This document shows positions 8,714 to 16,853 of a stretch of 64,000 bases of DNA, piece by piece (within the stretch, counting starts at the first letter, position 1; the number at the start of each line of letters is the position of its first letter). The DNA is from an uncultured delta proteobacterium. Its GTDB lineage: Bacteria > Myxococcota_A > UBA9160 > SMWR01. The DNA is taken from positions 160,001 through 224,000 of the forward strand of contig CAWHTE010000007.1 in NCBI GenBank assembly GCA_963832165.1. Reading direction: 5' to 3'. A model generated the notes under the pieces. The model ran no database searches and was not told where the DNA came from. It worked only from the letters and a program-made list of their open reading frames with translations. Position numbers and translations under genes: made by a program.

Positions 8714-8852
8714 GGCCATCTCCCGAGTCGACCGCGGGCGGCGGGGGGTCGAGATCGGTGTTGGAGGATTCCCCGCCTAGCAACGGGGACGGGTCGTCGC
8801 CTTGCAGTCTACGCGAATGCGGGCTCGTGCGCGGCGACTCGCCTTGGTCTCG

Positions 8853-8881
8853 ATACTAGTCCGCAGGCGGAAATCGATCAA
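8853..8881 (-). promoter_or_regulatory. Sigma-70-type promoter of the sulfur operon
   Basis: Minus strand TTGATC (8881-8876), 17 nt, TAGTAT (8858-8853). Confidence 0.6.
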
Positions 8882-8882
8882 C

Positions 8883-9007
8883 AAATCCCGACTATATAAA
8901 TAGGATAATATCGAATCCTTAAGAGGCTTAAATCACAACGAAATAGGAGATTTCATCCCGAGGATCCCACGGAAATCTCCATTTAATACTGCGTAATAAT
9001 GGGGATT
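8883..9007. promoter_or_regulatory. AT-rich regulatory region with inverted repeats
   Basis: Most AT-rich tract in the window. AAATAGGAGATTTC (8941-8954) vs GAAATCTCCATTT (8972-8984); AATCTCCATT (8974-8983) vs AATGGGGATT (8998-9007). Confidence 0.5.
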
Positions 9008-9554
9008 ATGAGCGGCTTCGCGCCGCGACCAGAAGCCGCAGCCGGTCGAGCATCGAGATCGCCGTGCTCGCGACGAGCCCCCAGCCGAGCCAGAGCACTA
9101 GCGATGGAGAGGGCCAACCCAACCCGAGCGCGTCGCGCACGATCGGGATCGCGGCGATCACGTAGTACGCGATGCCGTTCCAGCGCCCGAGCCGACTCGG
9201 GAACAGACCCGATGCGGAGAGAACGCGCGAGTCGAGCGAGTACTGGATGAACGCCGCGGCGATCAGCCACGGCAAAGGCGTCGGCAGGACACCCATGCGC
9301 GCGAGCGCGGCGGTGCCCGTGACGACGAACGTGGCGTCGGCGGCGTGATCCGCAAAGCCGCCGAATCGGCTCTCCTCACCGTAGCGGCGCGCCACCCAGC
9401 CGTCGGCGAGATCGGTTCCGACGGCGGTGAAGAACAGCGCCGCGGCGATGCCGGGCGCGTCCGACAGCACCGCGACCGCGAATGCCGGCGCGAGCAGAAG
9501 TCGCAGCAGCGTGAGCGCGTTGGCCCGCGTCGACCAGGAGGCAGCGGCATCCAT
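9006..9554 (-). CDS. CDP-alcohol phosphatidyltransferase family protein
   Basis: ANALTLLR...TDLADGWVARRYGEESRFGGFADHAAD (D-x2-DG-x2-AR-x8-G-x3-D-x3-D signature). Start uncertain (9554 or 9569). Confidence 0.88.
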   Translation of the reverse strand: MDAAASWSTRANALTLLRLLLAPAFAVAVLSDAPGIAAALFFTAVGTDLADGWVARRYGEESRFGGFADHAADATFVVTGTAALARMGVLPTPLPWLIAAAFIQYSLDSRVLSASGLFPSRLGRWNGIAYYVIAAIPIVRDALGLGWPSPSLVLWLGWGLVASTAISMLDRLRLLVAARSRS

Positions 9555-9615
9555 CGCCGCCCATTTCACACTGCACGGCGCGCCGTGTCTAGCCTCCGGC
9601 TACAGTCCGCGCCCG

Positions 9616-9948
9616 ATGCGTATCCATCTCGTTGCCGCGATCGCGATTCCGCTGCTCGCGTGCTCTGCTGCGGACGATCGTGCGCTCTCGGATCTCGCGC
9701 GCGAGGGCGAGCGGGTCTACCAGAACGTCTGCATCGCGTGTCACCACGGGAACCCGAACCTCGACGGCGCCCTCGGCCCCGCCAACGCGGGCGCGTCGGT
9801 CGAGCTGCTCGAGGCGAAGGTGCTGCGCGGCGAGTACCCGCCCGGCTACACGCCGAAGCGTCCCGGCAGCAACACGATGCCGCGCTTCGAGTACCTCGCC
9901 GACAAGATCCCCGCGCTCGCGGCCTATCTCGGCGAAGTGAAGAAGTAG
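9616..9948 (+). CDS. Monoheme cytochrome c, probable lipoprotein
   Basis: MRIHLVAAIAIPLLAC lipobox; GERVYQNVCIACH; distal Met in NTMPRF. Confidence 0.88.
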   Translation: MRIHLVAAIAIPLLACSAADDRALSDLAREGERVYQNVCIACHHGNPNLDGALGPANAGASVELLEAKVLRGEYPPGYTPKRPGSNTMPRFEYLADKIPALAAYLGEVKK

Positions 9949-9954
9949 GCGGGA

Positions 9955-10704
9955 TCAGCCGGCGGGAATCAGGCGCACGCCCGCGATCGACGCGGCGCCG
10001 TCCGCGCCGAGCACTCCGCGCGCGCGGGCGCGGGCCTCGAAGCGCCCGCGGTCTGCGAGCGCGACCTCGACGCCGACGAGCGCGTCGCTCTGGCCGCCCG
10101 GCACGAACGCGATCCGGCCTCCGCGCGTCAGCGCGATCTCGAATCCGCTCGCGCAGGCGCGCGCCCCGATCCCGAGCAGCTCGCTCCAGCGCGCGGCGAG
10201 CTTCTCCGGATCGGGGCTCGCGAGCTCGGCGCCCGTGATCGCGGTGGCCGTCGACGTGCGCGTGCGCTCGCGCCAGCCCGGTCCGGCCCACACCCATTCG
10301 CCCCACGACGGCATGCCGTCGAGCGAGACGATCGCGCCTAGCGCGCGCGGGTGGAAATGCGCGGTGCGCCCGCCCTCGTGCTCGCCCTCCCAGACGACCG
10401 CGGCGCCCGCGCCCTTCGCGCGCTCGACCTCGCGCGAGAGCGTCGCGAGATCGTCGCACTGGACGATCACCATGTATCCCGCGTCGCCGCCGCGTCTGTC
10501 GATCCACCGCTTCGCGGTGGCGTCGTCGCGCACGGGCGAGACCACTTCGAGAAAGGTCTCGCCGATCGGCATCACCGCGTTCACGAGCCCGAACACGGCA
10601 ACGCCCGGATCGCGGAACGGCTCTCCCGCGCCGAGCACGTCGGTGAGCGCTGCGGTGGTCGCCTCGAGATCCATCGCTGCGAGAGCGATCTGCCGCAGCC
10701 GCAC
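9955..10704 (-). CDS. VOC/glyoxalase-like protein
   Basis: MRLRQIALAA, DPGVAVFGLVNAVMPIGETFLEVVSP, GDAGYMVIVQ. Confidence 0.75.
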   Translation of the reverse strand: MRLRQIALAAMDLEATTAALTDVLGAGEPFRDPGVAVFGLVNAVMPIGETFLEVVSPVRDDATAKRWIDRRGGDAGYMVIVQCDDLATLSREVERAKGAGAAVVWEGEHEGGRTAHFHPRALGAIVSLDGMPSWGEWVWAGPGWRERTRTSTATAITGAELASPDPEKLAARWSELLGIGARACASGFEIALTRGGRIAFVPGGQSDALVGVEVALADRGRFEARARARGVLGADGAASIAGVRLIPAG

Positions 10705-10716
10705 GGTTCCCTCCGT

Positions 10717-11418
10717 CTAGAGAATCGCCATCGCTGCGAACAGGATGAACGTGAGCGCGAGCCCGAGGTGGATCGTTCCCGACACGGTCGAGAGCGGCTT
10801 CTGGCGCGCCAGACCGGTTCCCACGAGCGCGTTGAGCTCGAGCACGCCCACGAGCGCGAGCGTGAGGATCCAGTAGAGCGTCAGGTTCTTCTCGATGCCG
10901 AGCGTGTTGAAGTGCGACGCCGACACCATGAAGAACAGCATCGGGATCGAGAACAGCGTGTTGGTGCGCGACGCCAGACCCGCGCGCGCCCCGCGCGGCG
11001 CTGCGGCCGGGTCGGCCTCACCGCCCGCGGCCACCTTGGTGGCGTTCGCAATCACCACCTGCTGCGCCGGCCAGATCACGAACCAGACGTTCGCCCACAT
11101 CGTGGTGCCGAGCAGTCCACCCGTGAGGATGCGCGTCATGTAGTTGCTGCTGAGCGGGACGCTCTCGTGACCCCATCGCGTGAGCACGTAGAGCACACCC
11201 GTGATGAACGTGAACATCGCGCCCCAGCGGAACCACCAGAGCGCGTTGGGTACGAGGCCGCGCGTCATCAGGCTCTTGGCCTGGCCGCCCAGCTCGGTGC
11301 CAAAGAAGGGAGTCTGCACGAGATTGAAGTAGTAGAGCATCCCGATCCACGTGATTCCCGCGAGCACGTGGAACCATCGGAGGAGGATGTACCAACCCTC
11401 CAGGCTGACGCTTTCCAT
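10717..11418 (-). CDS. Membrane protein of the urate hydroxylase PuuD N-terminal domain family
   Basis: LLRWFHVLAGITWIGMLYYFN, ALWWFRWGAMFT, MWANVWFVIWPAQQ, ASRTNTLFSIPMLFFMVSASH; no CxxCH. Confidence 0.75.
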   Translation of the reverse strand: MESVSLEGWYILLRWFHVLAGITWIGMLYYFNLVQTPFFGTELGGQAKSLMTRGLVPNALWWFRWGAMFTFITGVLYVLTRWGHESVPLSSNYMTRILTGGLLGTTMWANVWFVIWPAQQVVIANATKVAAGGEADPAAAPRGARAGLASRTNTLFSIPMLFFMVSASHFNTLGIEKNLTLYWILTLALVGVLELNALVGTGLARQKPLSTVSGTIHLGLALTFILFAAMAIL

Positions 11419-11549
11419 GACCGGTCCTCCCTCTCTGCGGCCGCCGCCTCAGGGCGATCGGGCCGCGACACGCGAATGGGGGGCTGCCCCATTCTACAGG
11501 TAGATCGGGTCGTTGGCCTGCGATTTTGCGAGTCGGGCCCGGATCCGGT

Positions 11550-11573
11550 GGCGGGGCGCCCCTGGGCCCCGCC
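11550..11573. terminator. GC-rich hairpin after the thiolase-like operon
   Basis: GGCGGGGC-N8-GCCCCGCC abutting the TAG at 11573-11575; no U-tract. Confidence 0.35.
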
Positions 11574-12730
11574 TACGGCTTGTCCTTGCCGAACAGGCAC
11601 ATCGAGAAGTACTGCGACCCGCCGCCGTAGGCGTGGCCGAGCGTCTTGCGGGCGCCGTCCACCTGGTGCTCGCCCGCCTGACCGCGGATCTGCATCGCGG
11701 CCTCGGCATAGCGGATCATCCCCGACGCGCCGATCGCGTTCGACGAGAGCACGCCGCCGCTCATGTTGACGGGCATGTCGCCGTCGAGCGCGGTCGCGCC
11801 TTCGTAGACCATCTTCCAGCCCTCGTTCTCGGGAGCGAAGCCCAGGTTTTCCATCCACATCGCCTCGAACCAGCTGAACGGAACGTAGATCTCCGCGCAG
11901 TCGATCTCCTTGCGCGGGTTGCTGATGCGCCCCTGCTTGTAGAGATCGGCGGCGGCCTTGCGGCCGGCCATCGGGTTCACCGCGTCGCGGCCCGGGAACT
12001 GATTCGGCTCGCTGCGCATCGCGGTCGCGTGCACCCAGGCCGCCGGTGTCGGCGCGCGCTCGGCGACCTTCTCGCTCGCGATCACCATCGCGCACGCGCC
12101 GTCCGAGGACGGGCAGCTCTCGAGATAGCGGATCGGATCCCAGAGCATCGGCGAGTTCGCGATCTTGTCGAAGTCGATGTCGGGGATCTGGAGGTGCGCC
12201 AGGGGATTCTTCAGCGCGTTCAGCCGATCCTTGAGAGCGGTGCGGATCCCGGTGTCCTCGGGCGCACCCGAGCGCTGGATGTAGGCGTGGATCAGCGGCG
12301 CGAAGTAGCCACCCGCGCCCGCCACCACGGCCACCGAGAACGGCGGCGAGATCGACAGGCCCCACATCGCGTTGCTCTCGGACTGCTTCTCCCATCCGAT
12401 CGTGAGCACGCGCTCGTGGATCCCCGCCTGGACCAGGCTCATCGCGACGTTCGCGGTCGAGCCGCCGACGCTGCCCGCGGTGTGAACGCGCAGGAGCGGC
12501 TTGCCCGTCGCGCCGATCGCGTCGGCGAGGTAGTTCTCGGGCAGCATCACGCCCTCGAACATGTCGGGCGCCTTGCCGATCACCACCGCGTCGATGTCCG
12601 CGAACGTGAGTCCCGCGTCGTCGAGCGCGCGCAGCGCCGCTTCGCGCAACAGGCCGGGCATCGACACGTCGATGCGCTTCGCGTCGTACTTGGTCTGACC
12701 GATGCCGATGACGCCGCACAGGTTGGCCAT
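11573..12730 (-). CDS. SCP-x-type thiolase-fold protein, Ltp3-like (steroid side-chain aldolase family)
   Basis: GKAPDMFEGV, RVHTAGSVGGST, CPSSDGACA, AEIYVPFSWFE, GHAYGGGSQYF; recalled similarity to mycobacterial Ltp3. Confidence 0.85.
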   Translation of the reverse strand: MANLCGVIGIGQTKYDAKRIDVSMPGLLREAALRALDDAGLTFADIDAVVIGKAPDMFEGVMLPENYLADAIGATGKPLLRVHTAGSVGGSTANVAMSLVQAGIHERVLTIGWEKQSESNAMWGLSISPPFSVAVVAGAGGYFAPLIHAYIQRSGAPEDTGIRTALKDRLNALKNPLAHLQIPDIDFDKIANSPMLWDPIRYLESCPSSDGACAMVIASEKVAERAPTPAAWVHATAMRSEPNQFPGRDAVNPMAGRKAAADLYKQGRISNPRKEIDCAEIYVPFSWFEAMWMENLGFAPENEGWKMVYEGATALDGDMPVNMSGGVLSSNAIGASGMIRYAEAAMQIRGQAGEHQVDGARKTLGHAYGGGSQYFSMCLFGKDKP

Positions 12731-12733
12731 CGT

Positions 12734-13783
12734 TCACTCCCCTTCGAGTACGCAGACGAGGTTCTGCTGGAGACAGTGGCCCTGCGTGGCGTGCGCCACC
12801 GCGCGGTCGCCCTCTCCGCGCGCGATGCGCGCGAACGCATCGCCGATCCGGTTGAGTCCGCACGAGAACAACGTGCGCGAGCACAGGGATCCGCCCGAGG
12901 GATTGATCCGGACGTCGGCCCCGAGACCGAGCGCTTCGCGCAGGATCAGCTCCTGGTGCGTGTACGGTGCATCGAGCTCCGCGAAGTCGATGCGATCCTT
13001 CGCAACACCGGCCTTCTTCGCCGCGATCTCTGCCGAGGGTGCGCGCGTGAGATCGCGTACGCCGAGCGCGGGCGGATCGATGCGGTGATCGATGCCGCGG
13101 ATCCAGACCGGGCGTTTCGCGAGCTTGCGTGCGAGATCGCCCGCGGCGATCACCATCGCCGTGGCGCCGTCGCTATTGGTCGGGCAGTCGTGATCGCGCA
13201 GCGGCGAGGTCCGGTACGGCTCGGCGAGCAGCTTCTCAGCGTCGAAATCACCTTTGGCGATCGCGTGCGGGTTGCCGCGCGCGTCGCGGCGGCTGCGCAC
13301 GGCCACGTCCGCGAGGTCGCGCTCGGTCTTGCGCGCGCGTTCGAGATAGAGGCGCGCCTGGATCCCCGCGATGCTGTCGGCGTCGGGCCACAGCTGCGTC
13401 ACGCAGTAGGGGTCGAGCTGGAGCGCGAGCACTTCGGCGAGATCGCCCGGCGAGGTCTTGCCGAACGAGTAGATCAGCGCCGACTCCGCCTCGCCGGTCT
13501 GGATCTTGACCCAGGCCTCGTACAGCGCCCACGCGCCGTCCATCTCGACGTGCGACTCCTTGATCGGAGGCCACGCGCCGACTCCGTCGAGCGCCATCAC
13601 GAACGCGAAGGGTTGACCCTGCAGGAAGTCGCTCGAGCCCGAGCAGGTGAAGTCGATCTCGGTGCGCGGGAGGCCACTCTGCTTGACGGCCTCCTTCACG
13701 ACCGGCAGCAGGATCTCGACCTCGTTGCGCACCTCGCGCAGCGCGTTCGATTGCGCGAACGAGACGATGGCGACGTCCCGCAT
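12734..13783 (-). CDS. SCP-x-type thiolase-fold protein, Ltp4-like
   Basis: MRDVAIVSFAQ, FTCSGSSDFLQGQPFAF, GAWPPIKESHVEMDGAWALYEAW, HATQGHCLQQNLVCVLEG. Confidence 0.85.
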   Translation of the reverse strand: MRDVAIVSFAQSNALREVRNEVEILLPVVKEAVKQSGLPRTEIDFTCSGSSDFLQGQPFAFVMALDGVGAWPPIKESHVEMDGAWALYEAWVKIQTGEAESALIYSFGKTSPGDLAEVLALQLDPYCVTQLWPDADSIAGIQARLYLERARKTERDLADVAVRSRRDARGNPHAIAKGDFDAEKLLAEPYRTSPLRDHDCPTNSDGATAMVIAAGDLARKLAKRPVWIRGIDHRIDPPALGVRDLTRAPSAEIAAKKAGVAKDRIDFAELDAPYTHQELILREALGLGADVRINPSGGSLCSRTLFSCGLNRIGDAFARIARGEGDRAVAHATQGHCLQQNLVCVLEGE

Positions 13784-14271
13784 CAGGTGTTCTCCTTGAT
13801 CTTCTCGTAGGGCACGTCCGGCTCGTCGATCGGCTCGAAGTACTCGATGCTCGCGACCGTCGGGGCCAGCTTGTCGTCGGCGACCCACTTCGCCTGGACG
13901 CGCATCCCGATCCGCACCTTGTCGAGCGGACAGTTCTGGAGCACGTGGAAGAATCCGATCGCCGCGCCGTCGAGCAGCACGTTCACGGCCACGTAGGGCA
14001 GATCGAACTTGATGTTCTCGGACGGCACGCGAATCACCGAGTAGGTCACCACGGTGCCCTTGTCCGACACCTCGACCGCTTCCTGAGCGAGCTCGGAAGT
14101 GCGCGGGTCGGCGCCGCGCGGCGGAACGAGCACGGGCTGTCCGGGCCCCGTGCGCGCGCCGACGATCTTCTTCCTCGCGAGGCCGCGCAGGAACAGCGTC
14201 GCGGCCTGTCCGGCCGTGAAGTCGTACTCGAGGCGGACCGGTGTGACGATCGACTTGATCGGGTCGCTCAT
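13783..14271 (-). CDS. DUF35/OB-fold acyl-CoA-binding protein (like the C-terminal half of Rv3521)
   Basis: IVTPVRLEY, FLRGLARKKIVGARTG...VPPRGADP, GTVVTYS, VRIGMRVQAKW; overlaps both neighbours. Confidence 0.82.
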   Translation of the reverse strand: MSDPIKSIVTPVRLEYDFTAGQAATLFLRGLARKKIVGARTGPGQPVLVPPRGADPRTSELAQEAVEVSDKGTVVTYSVIRVPSENIKFDLPYVAVNVLLDGAAIGFFHVLQNCPLDKVRIGMRVQAKWVADDKLAPTVASIEYFEPIDEPDVPYEKIKENT

Positions 14272-14717
14272 TTCTTCTCCAGATCGAAACAGACCACGTC
14301 GTTGATGCCGCCCTTGGGCTCGTTCGCCCAGCGCGGGACGACGCGCGTGCCGACGGCGAGCTTCGACTCTTCGCGCGCGTCGACGGCGTGCAGCATCGGT
14401 ACGTCGGCGCCGTCGAGCTTGATCAGCGCGTACGCGAACGGATGTTGCAGCGGCTGCTTCTTGCGCGGCTTCGAGACCCAGGACCACGAAACGACCTGGC
14501 CTCCCGGACCCACCGGCACCCACTCCGAGATCGTTTCACCCGAGTTCGGGTCGTACTCCTGCGGCGGCACGAGCACGCGGCCGTCGCGCGCCTTGATCCC
14601 CTCGAACTGGCGATCGCGCAGGCTCGTGAAGAAGCGCGACAGCACGGGACCCAGCGAGCGCTTGTAGGGATACTCGAGAACGTGCGGCCCGCGCAGCACG
14701 TCGGGGGGTTGGGCCAT
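14268..14717 (-). CDS. DUF35/OB-fold acyl-CoA-binding protein (like the N-terminal half of Rv3521)
   Basis: LGPVLSRFFTSLRDR...DGRVLVPPQEYDP...SWSWV...QPLQHPFAYALIKLDGADVPMLHAVD. Confidence 0.82.
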   Translation of the reverse strand: MAQPPDVLRGPHVLEYPYKRSLGPVLSRFFTSLRDRQFEGIKARDGRVLVPPQEYDPNSGETISEWVPVGPGGQVVSWSWVSKPRKKQPLQHPFAYALIKLDGADVPMLHAVDAREESKLAVGTRVVPRWANEPKGGINDVVCFDLEKK

Positions 14718-14798
14718 GTCCGACTCCGTCAGGGTTGGGGGGCACAGGTCGGCCACCGACGGAACACCGTCGGGGCGGCCACGCTAGCACGAACGTTC

Positions 14799-15974
14799 CT
14801 AGATGGGCCGCACCAGCGACATGCCGTTGTCGCGCATCACGAGGCGCTTCTCGCTCGCGGAATAGCCCTCGAGATCGGCCACGAACTCGGTCGGCTCGGC
14901 GAGCCCCTCGGCGTGCGGAAAATCCGAACCGAACAACACGTGATCGGCGCCGATCAGGTCGCGCAGGTTCGGCAGGTCGTCTTCGTAGTAGGGCGCCACC
15001 CAGACGTGCTTGCGGAACGCCTCCACCGGATCCTGTCGGAACGCGAACGGCATCTGACCGTAGGCTTTCTTGAATCGGCTGATCAGCGGTGCGACCCACG
15101 AGCTGCCGGTCTCGATCGTCGCGACGCGCAGGCGGGGGTGGCGATCGAACAGCCCGCCGCACACGAGCGCGGCCATCGTGTCCATGATCGGCGCGGGCGA
15201 CATGCACAGGCGCAGCGGATTGAAGTCGAACGACTGGAAGTCGCCGGCGAGTCCCCACGCTTCGAAGAAGCGCAGGTAGCCCGAGTCGCCCGAGTGATAG
15301 GCAGCCGTGATGCCGGCTTCCGCCACGCGCGACCAGAACGGATCGAAGCGCTCTTCGGCGGGCGAGTGGCCGCCAGCCGGAGTCTCGATCGGACCCGCGC
15401 GCATCACGATCGCGCGTGCGTCGTGCTCGAGCGCCCATTCGAGCTCGCGCACCGCATTGTCGACGTCGACGAGCGTGATGTAGGGCGCCGAGTACAGGCG
15501 CTCCTTGTATGCGAAGCCCCAGTCCTCGTGCAGCCAGCGGTTGAAGGCGCGAAACGCCGCGCACAGCGCCTCGGGATCGCGGACCAGCGACTCCTCCATG
15601 CCGACGCCGAGCGTCGGGAACATGAACATCCCCTCGAGTCCCTGACTGTCCATGAGTGCGATGCGCGCGTCGCGATTGCGATAGGCGGGGTTGATCGGCT
15701 CGAGGTCGCCGAACACCTCGCGGATGCTCTTGCCGTCGGGATTGCGCCCGCGGAAGTACTGATCGAGGCAACCCGGCTTCGCGACCGGATCGAACGTCGG
15801 ATTCGGGATGAAGCGATTGATCTTGCCGCCCACGAGCAGGCTCTTGCGGCCGTTCACGACGCCCCACTGCATCGCGCGTCGTTGCATCTTCGGCTCGATG
15901 TGGCGCGTGAAGGCGTCTTCGGCCTCGTAGTAGTGGTTGTCTGCGTCGAAAGCCGGAAAGTCGATGTGCGACAT
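14799..15974 (-). CDS. Amidohydrolase_2 family protein
   Basis: DADNHYYE, RAFNRWL, FDPFWSRV, YHSGD, LFGSDFPHAEG. Confidence 0.88.
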   Translation of the reverse strand: MSHIDFPAFDADNHYYEAEDAFTRHIEPKMQRRAMQWGVVNGRKSLLVGGKINRFIPNPTFDPVAKPGCLDQYFRGRNPDGKSIREVFGDLEPINPAYRNRDARIALMDSQGLEGMFMFPTLGVGMEESLVRDPEALCAAFRAFNRWLHEDWGFAYKERLYSAPYITLVDVDNAVRELEWALEHDARAIVMRAGPIETPAGGHSPAEERFDPFWSRVAEAGITAAYHSGDSGYLRFFEAWGLAGDFQSFDFNPLRLCMSPAPIMDTMAALVCGGLFDRHPRLRVATIETGSSWVAPLISRFKKAYGQMPFAFRQDPVEAFRKHVWVAPYYEDDLPNLRDLIGADHVLFGSDFPHAEGLAEPTEFVADLEGYSASEKRLVMRDNGMSLVRPI

Positions 15975-16023
15975 CGCGGTGTTCGTCCTCTCGCGCGGTG
16001 CGGGCCATCGGGTCCCGCTCGCC

Positions 16024-16079
16024 TTGACTCGTGATTCGGTTCTGGAATACTACCATTCGTATTTCTGAACTGCAATTCA
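16024..16079. promoter_or_regulatory. Divergent promoter/operator region of tetR
   Basis: TTGACT at 16024-16029; imperfect palindromes GAAT-N6-ATTC (16045-16058) and TGAA-N6-TTCA (16066-16079). Confidence 0.45.
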
Positions 16080-16103
16080 TCCGAACGCACGAGGGGGAGT
16101 CCG

Positions 16104-16796
16104 ATGCCGGTCCAGGCGCGTGCGAAGGCAAGGAGGCCGACCTCCGGGTCGGCCGACGCGCAGCGAGCCGAAGGCGAGCGAAGGCGGGCCCCTGCACAAG
16201 AGAAGATTCGCCAGGCCCGCCACGGGGCCTACCGGGACCTGATCCTCGAGGCCGCGCAAGAGGTTTTCGCCGAGAAGGGCTACGCCGAGTCGAAGGTCGC
16301 CGACATCGCCCAGGCCGCGGGCGTCGCGACCGGCACGGTCTACGCGATCTTCCCGGGCAAGCAGGACCTCTACCGCGCGATCCACCGCGAGAACCTCGAG
16401 GAGCTCGCGCGCCGCTACGCCGCGATCCCTGCCCGCAGCTCGGTGCGCGAGACGCTGCTCTCGCGCAGCGAGATGTCCACGCGCTTTCTCACGTCGCGCC
16501 CCAACTATCTGCGCATCTATCTGCGCGAGGCCGAGCGCTGGGGCTTCGACCCGAGCGAGCTCCCCAGCGATGCCGCGGCGTTCGTGGATCTCCCGCTCTT
16601 CGAGCGCGGCGTCGCGAACGGCGAGCTCGTCGACGAGGCGCCGCAGCTGCTCCAGAGCCTCGTGCTCGCGAGCGGGCAGGTGCATCTGGCGCACTGGCTG
16701 CGCGGGGGCATGCGCGAAGATCCGGCTGCGCTCGTGGCGCGGATCCAGGCCTTCACGCGGCGCGCGATCTTCCGATCCGAGCCCGCGTCGAGCTGA
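16104..16796 (+). CDS. TetR/AcrR family transcriptional regulator
   Basis: ILEAAQEVFAEKGYAESKVADIAQAAGVATGTVYAIFPGKQDLY HTH. Confidence 0.92.
   Translation: MPVQARAKARRPTSGSADAQRAEGERRRAPAQEKIRQARHGAYRDLILEAAQEVFAEKGYAESKVADIAQAAGVATGTVYAIFPGKQDLYRAIHRENLEELARRYAAIPARSSVRETLLSRSEMSTRFLTSRPNYLRIYLREAERWGFDPSELPSDAAAFVDLPLFERGVANGELVDEAPQLLQSLVLASGQVHLAHWLRGGMREDPAALVARIQAFTRRAIFRSEPASS
16157..16183 (+). repeat. Dispersed short repeat, copy inside the tetR coding region
   Basis: cgcgcagcgagccgaaggcgagcgaag, matching the copies at 16811-16853 (reverse) and 30742-30819. Confidence 0.7.
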
Positions 16797-16810
16797 CGCG
16801 CGTGGCCTAG

Positions 16811-16853
16811 CCTCATGGACTTCGCTCGCCCTCCGCTCGCTGCGCGAAACTTG
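16811..16853 (-). repeat. Dispersed short repeat, inverted copy
   Basis: Reverse complement reads caagtttcgcgcagcgagcggagggcgagcgaagtccatgagg. Confidence 0.75.

Noticed and set aside
14788..14801. ACGAACGTTCCT upstream of the ltp cluster as a KstR operator
   Set aside because: Lacks the 2-nt spacer of TnnAACnnGTTnnA; too short to support.
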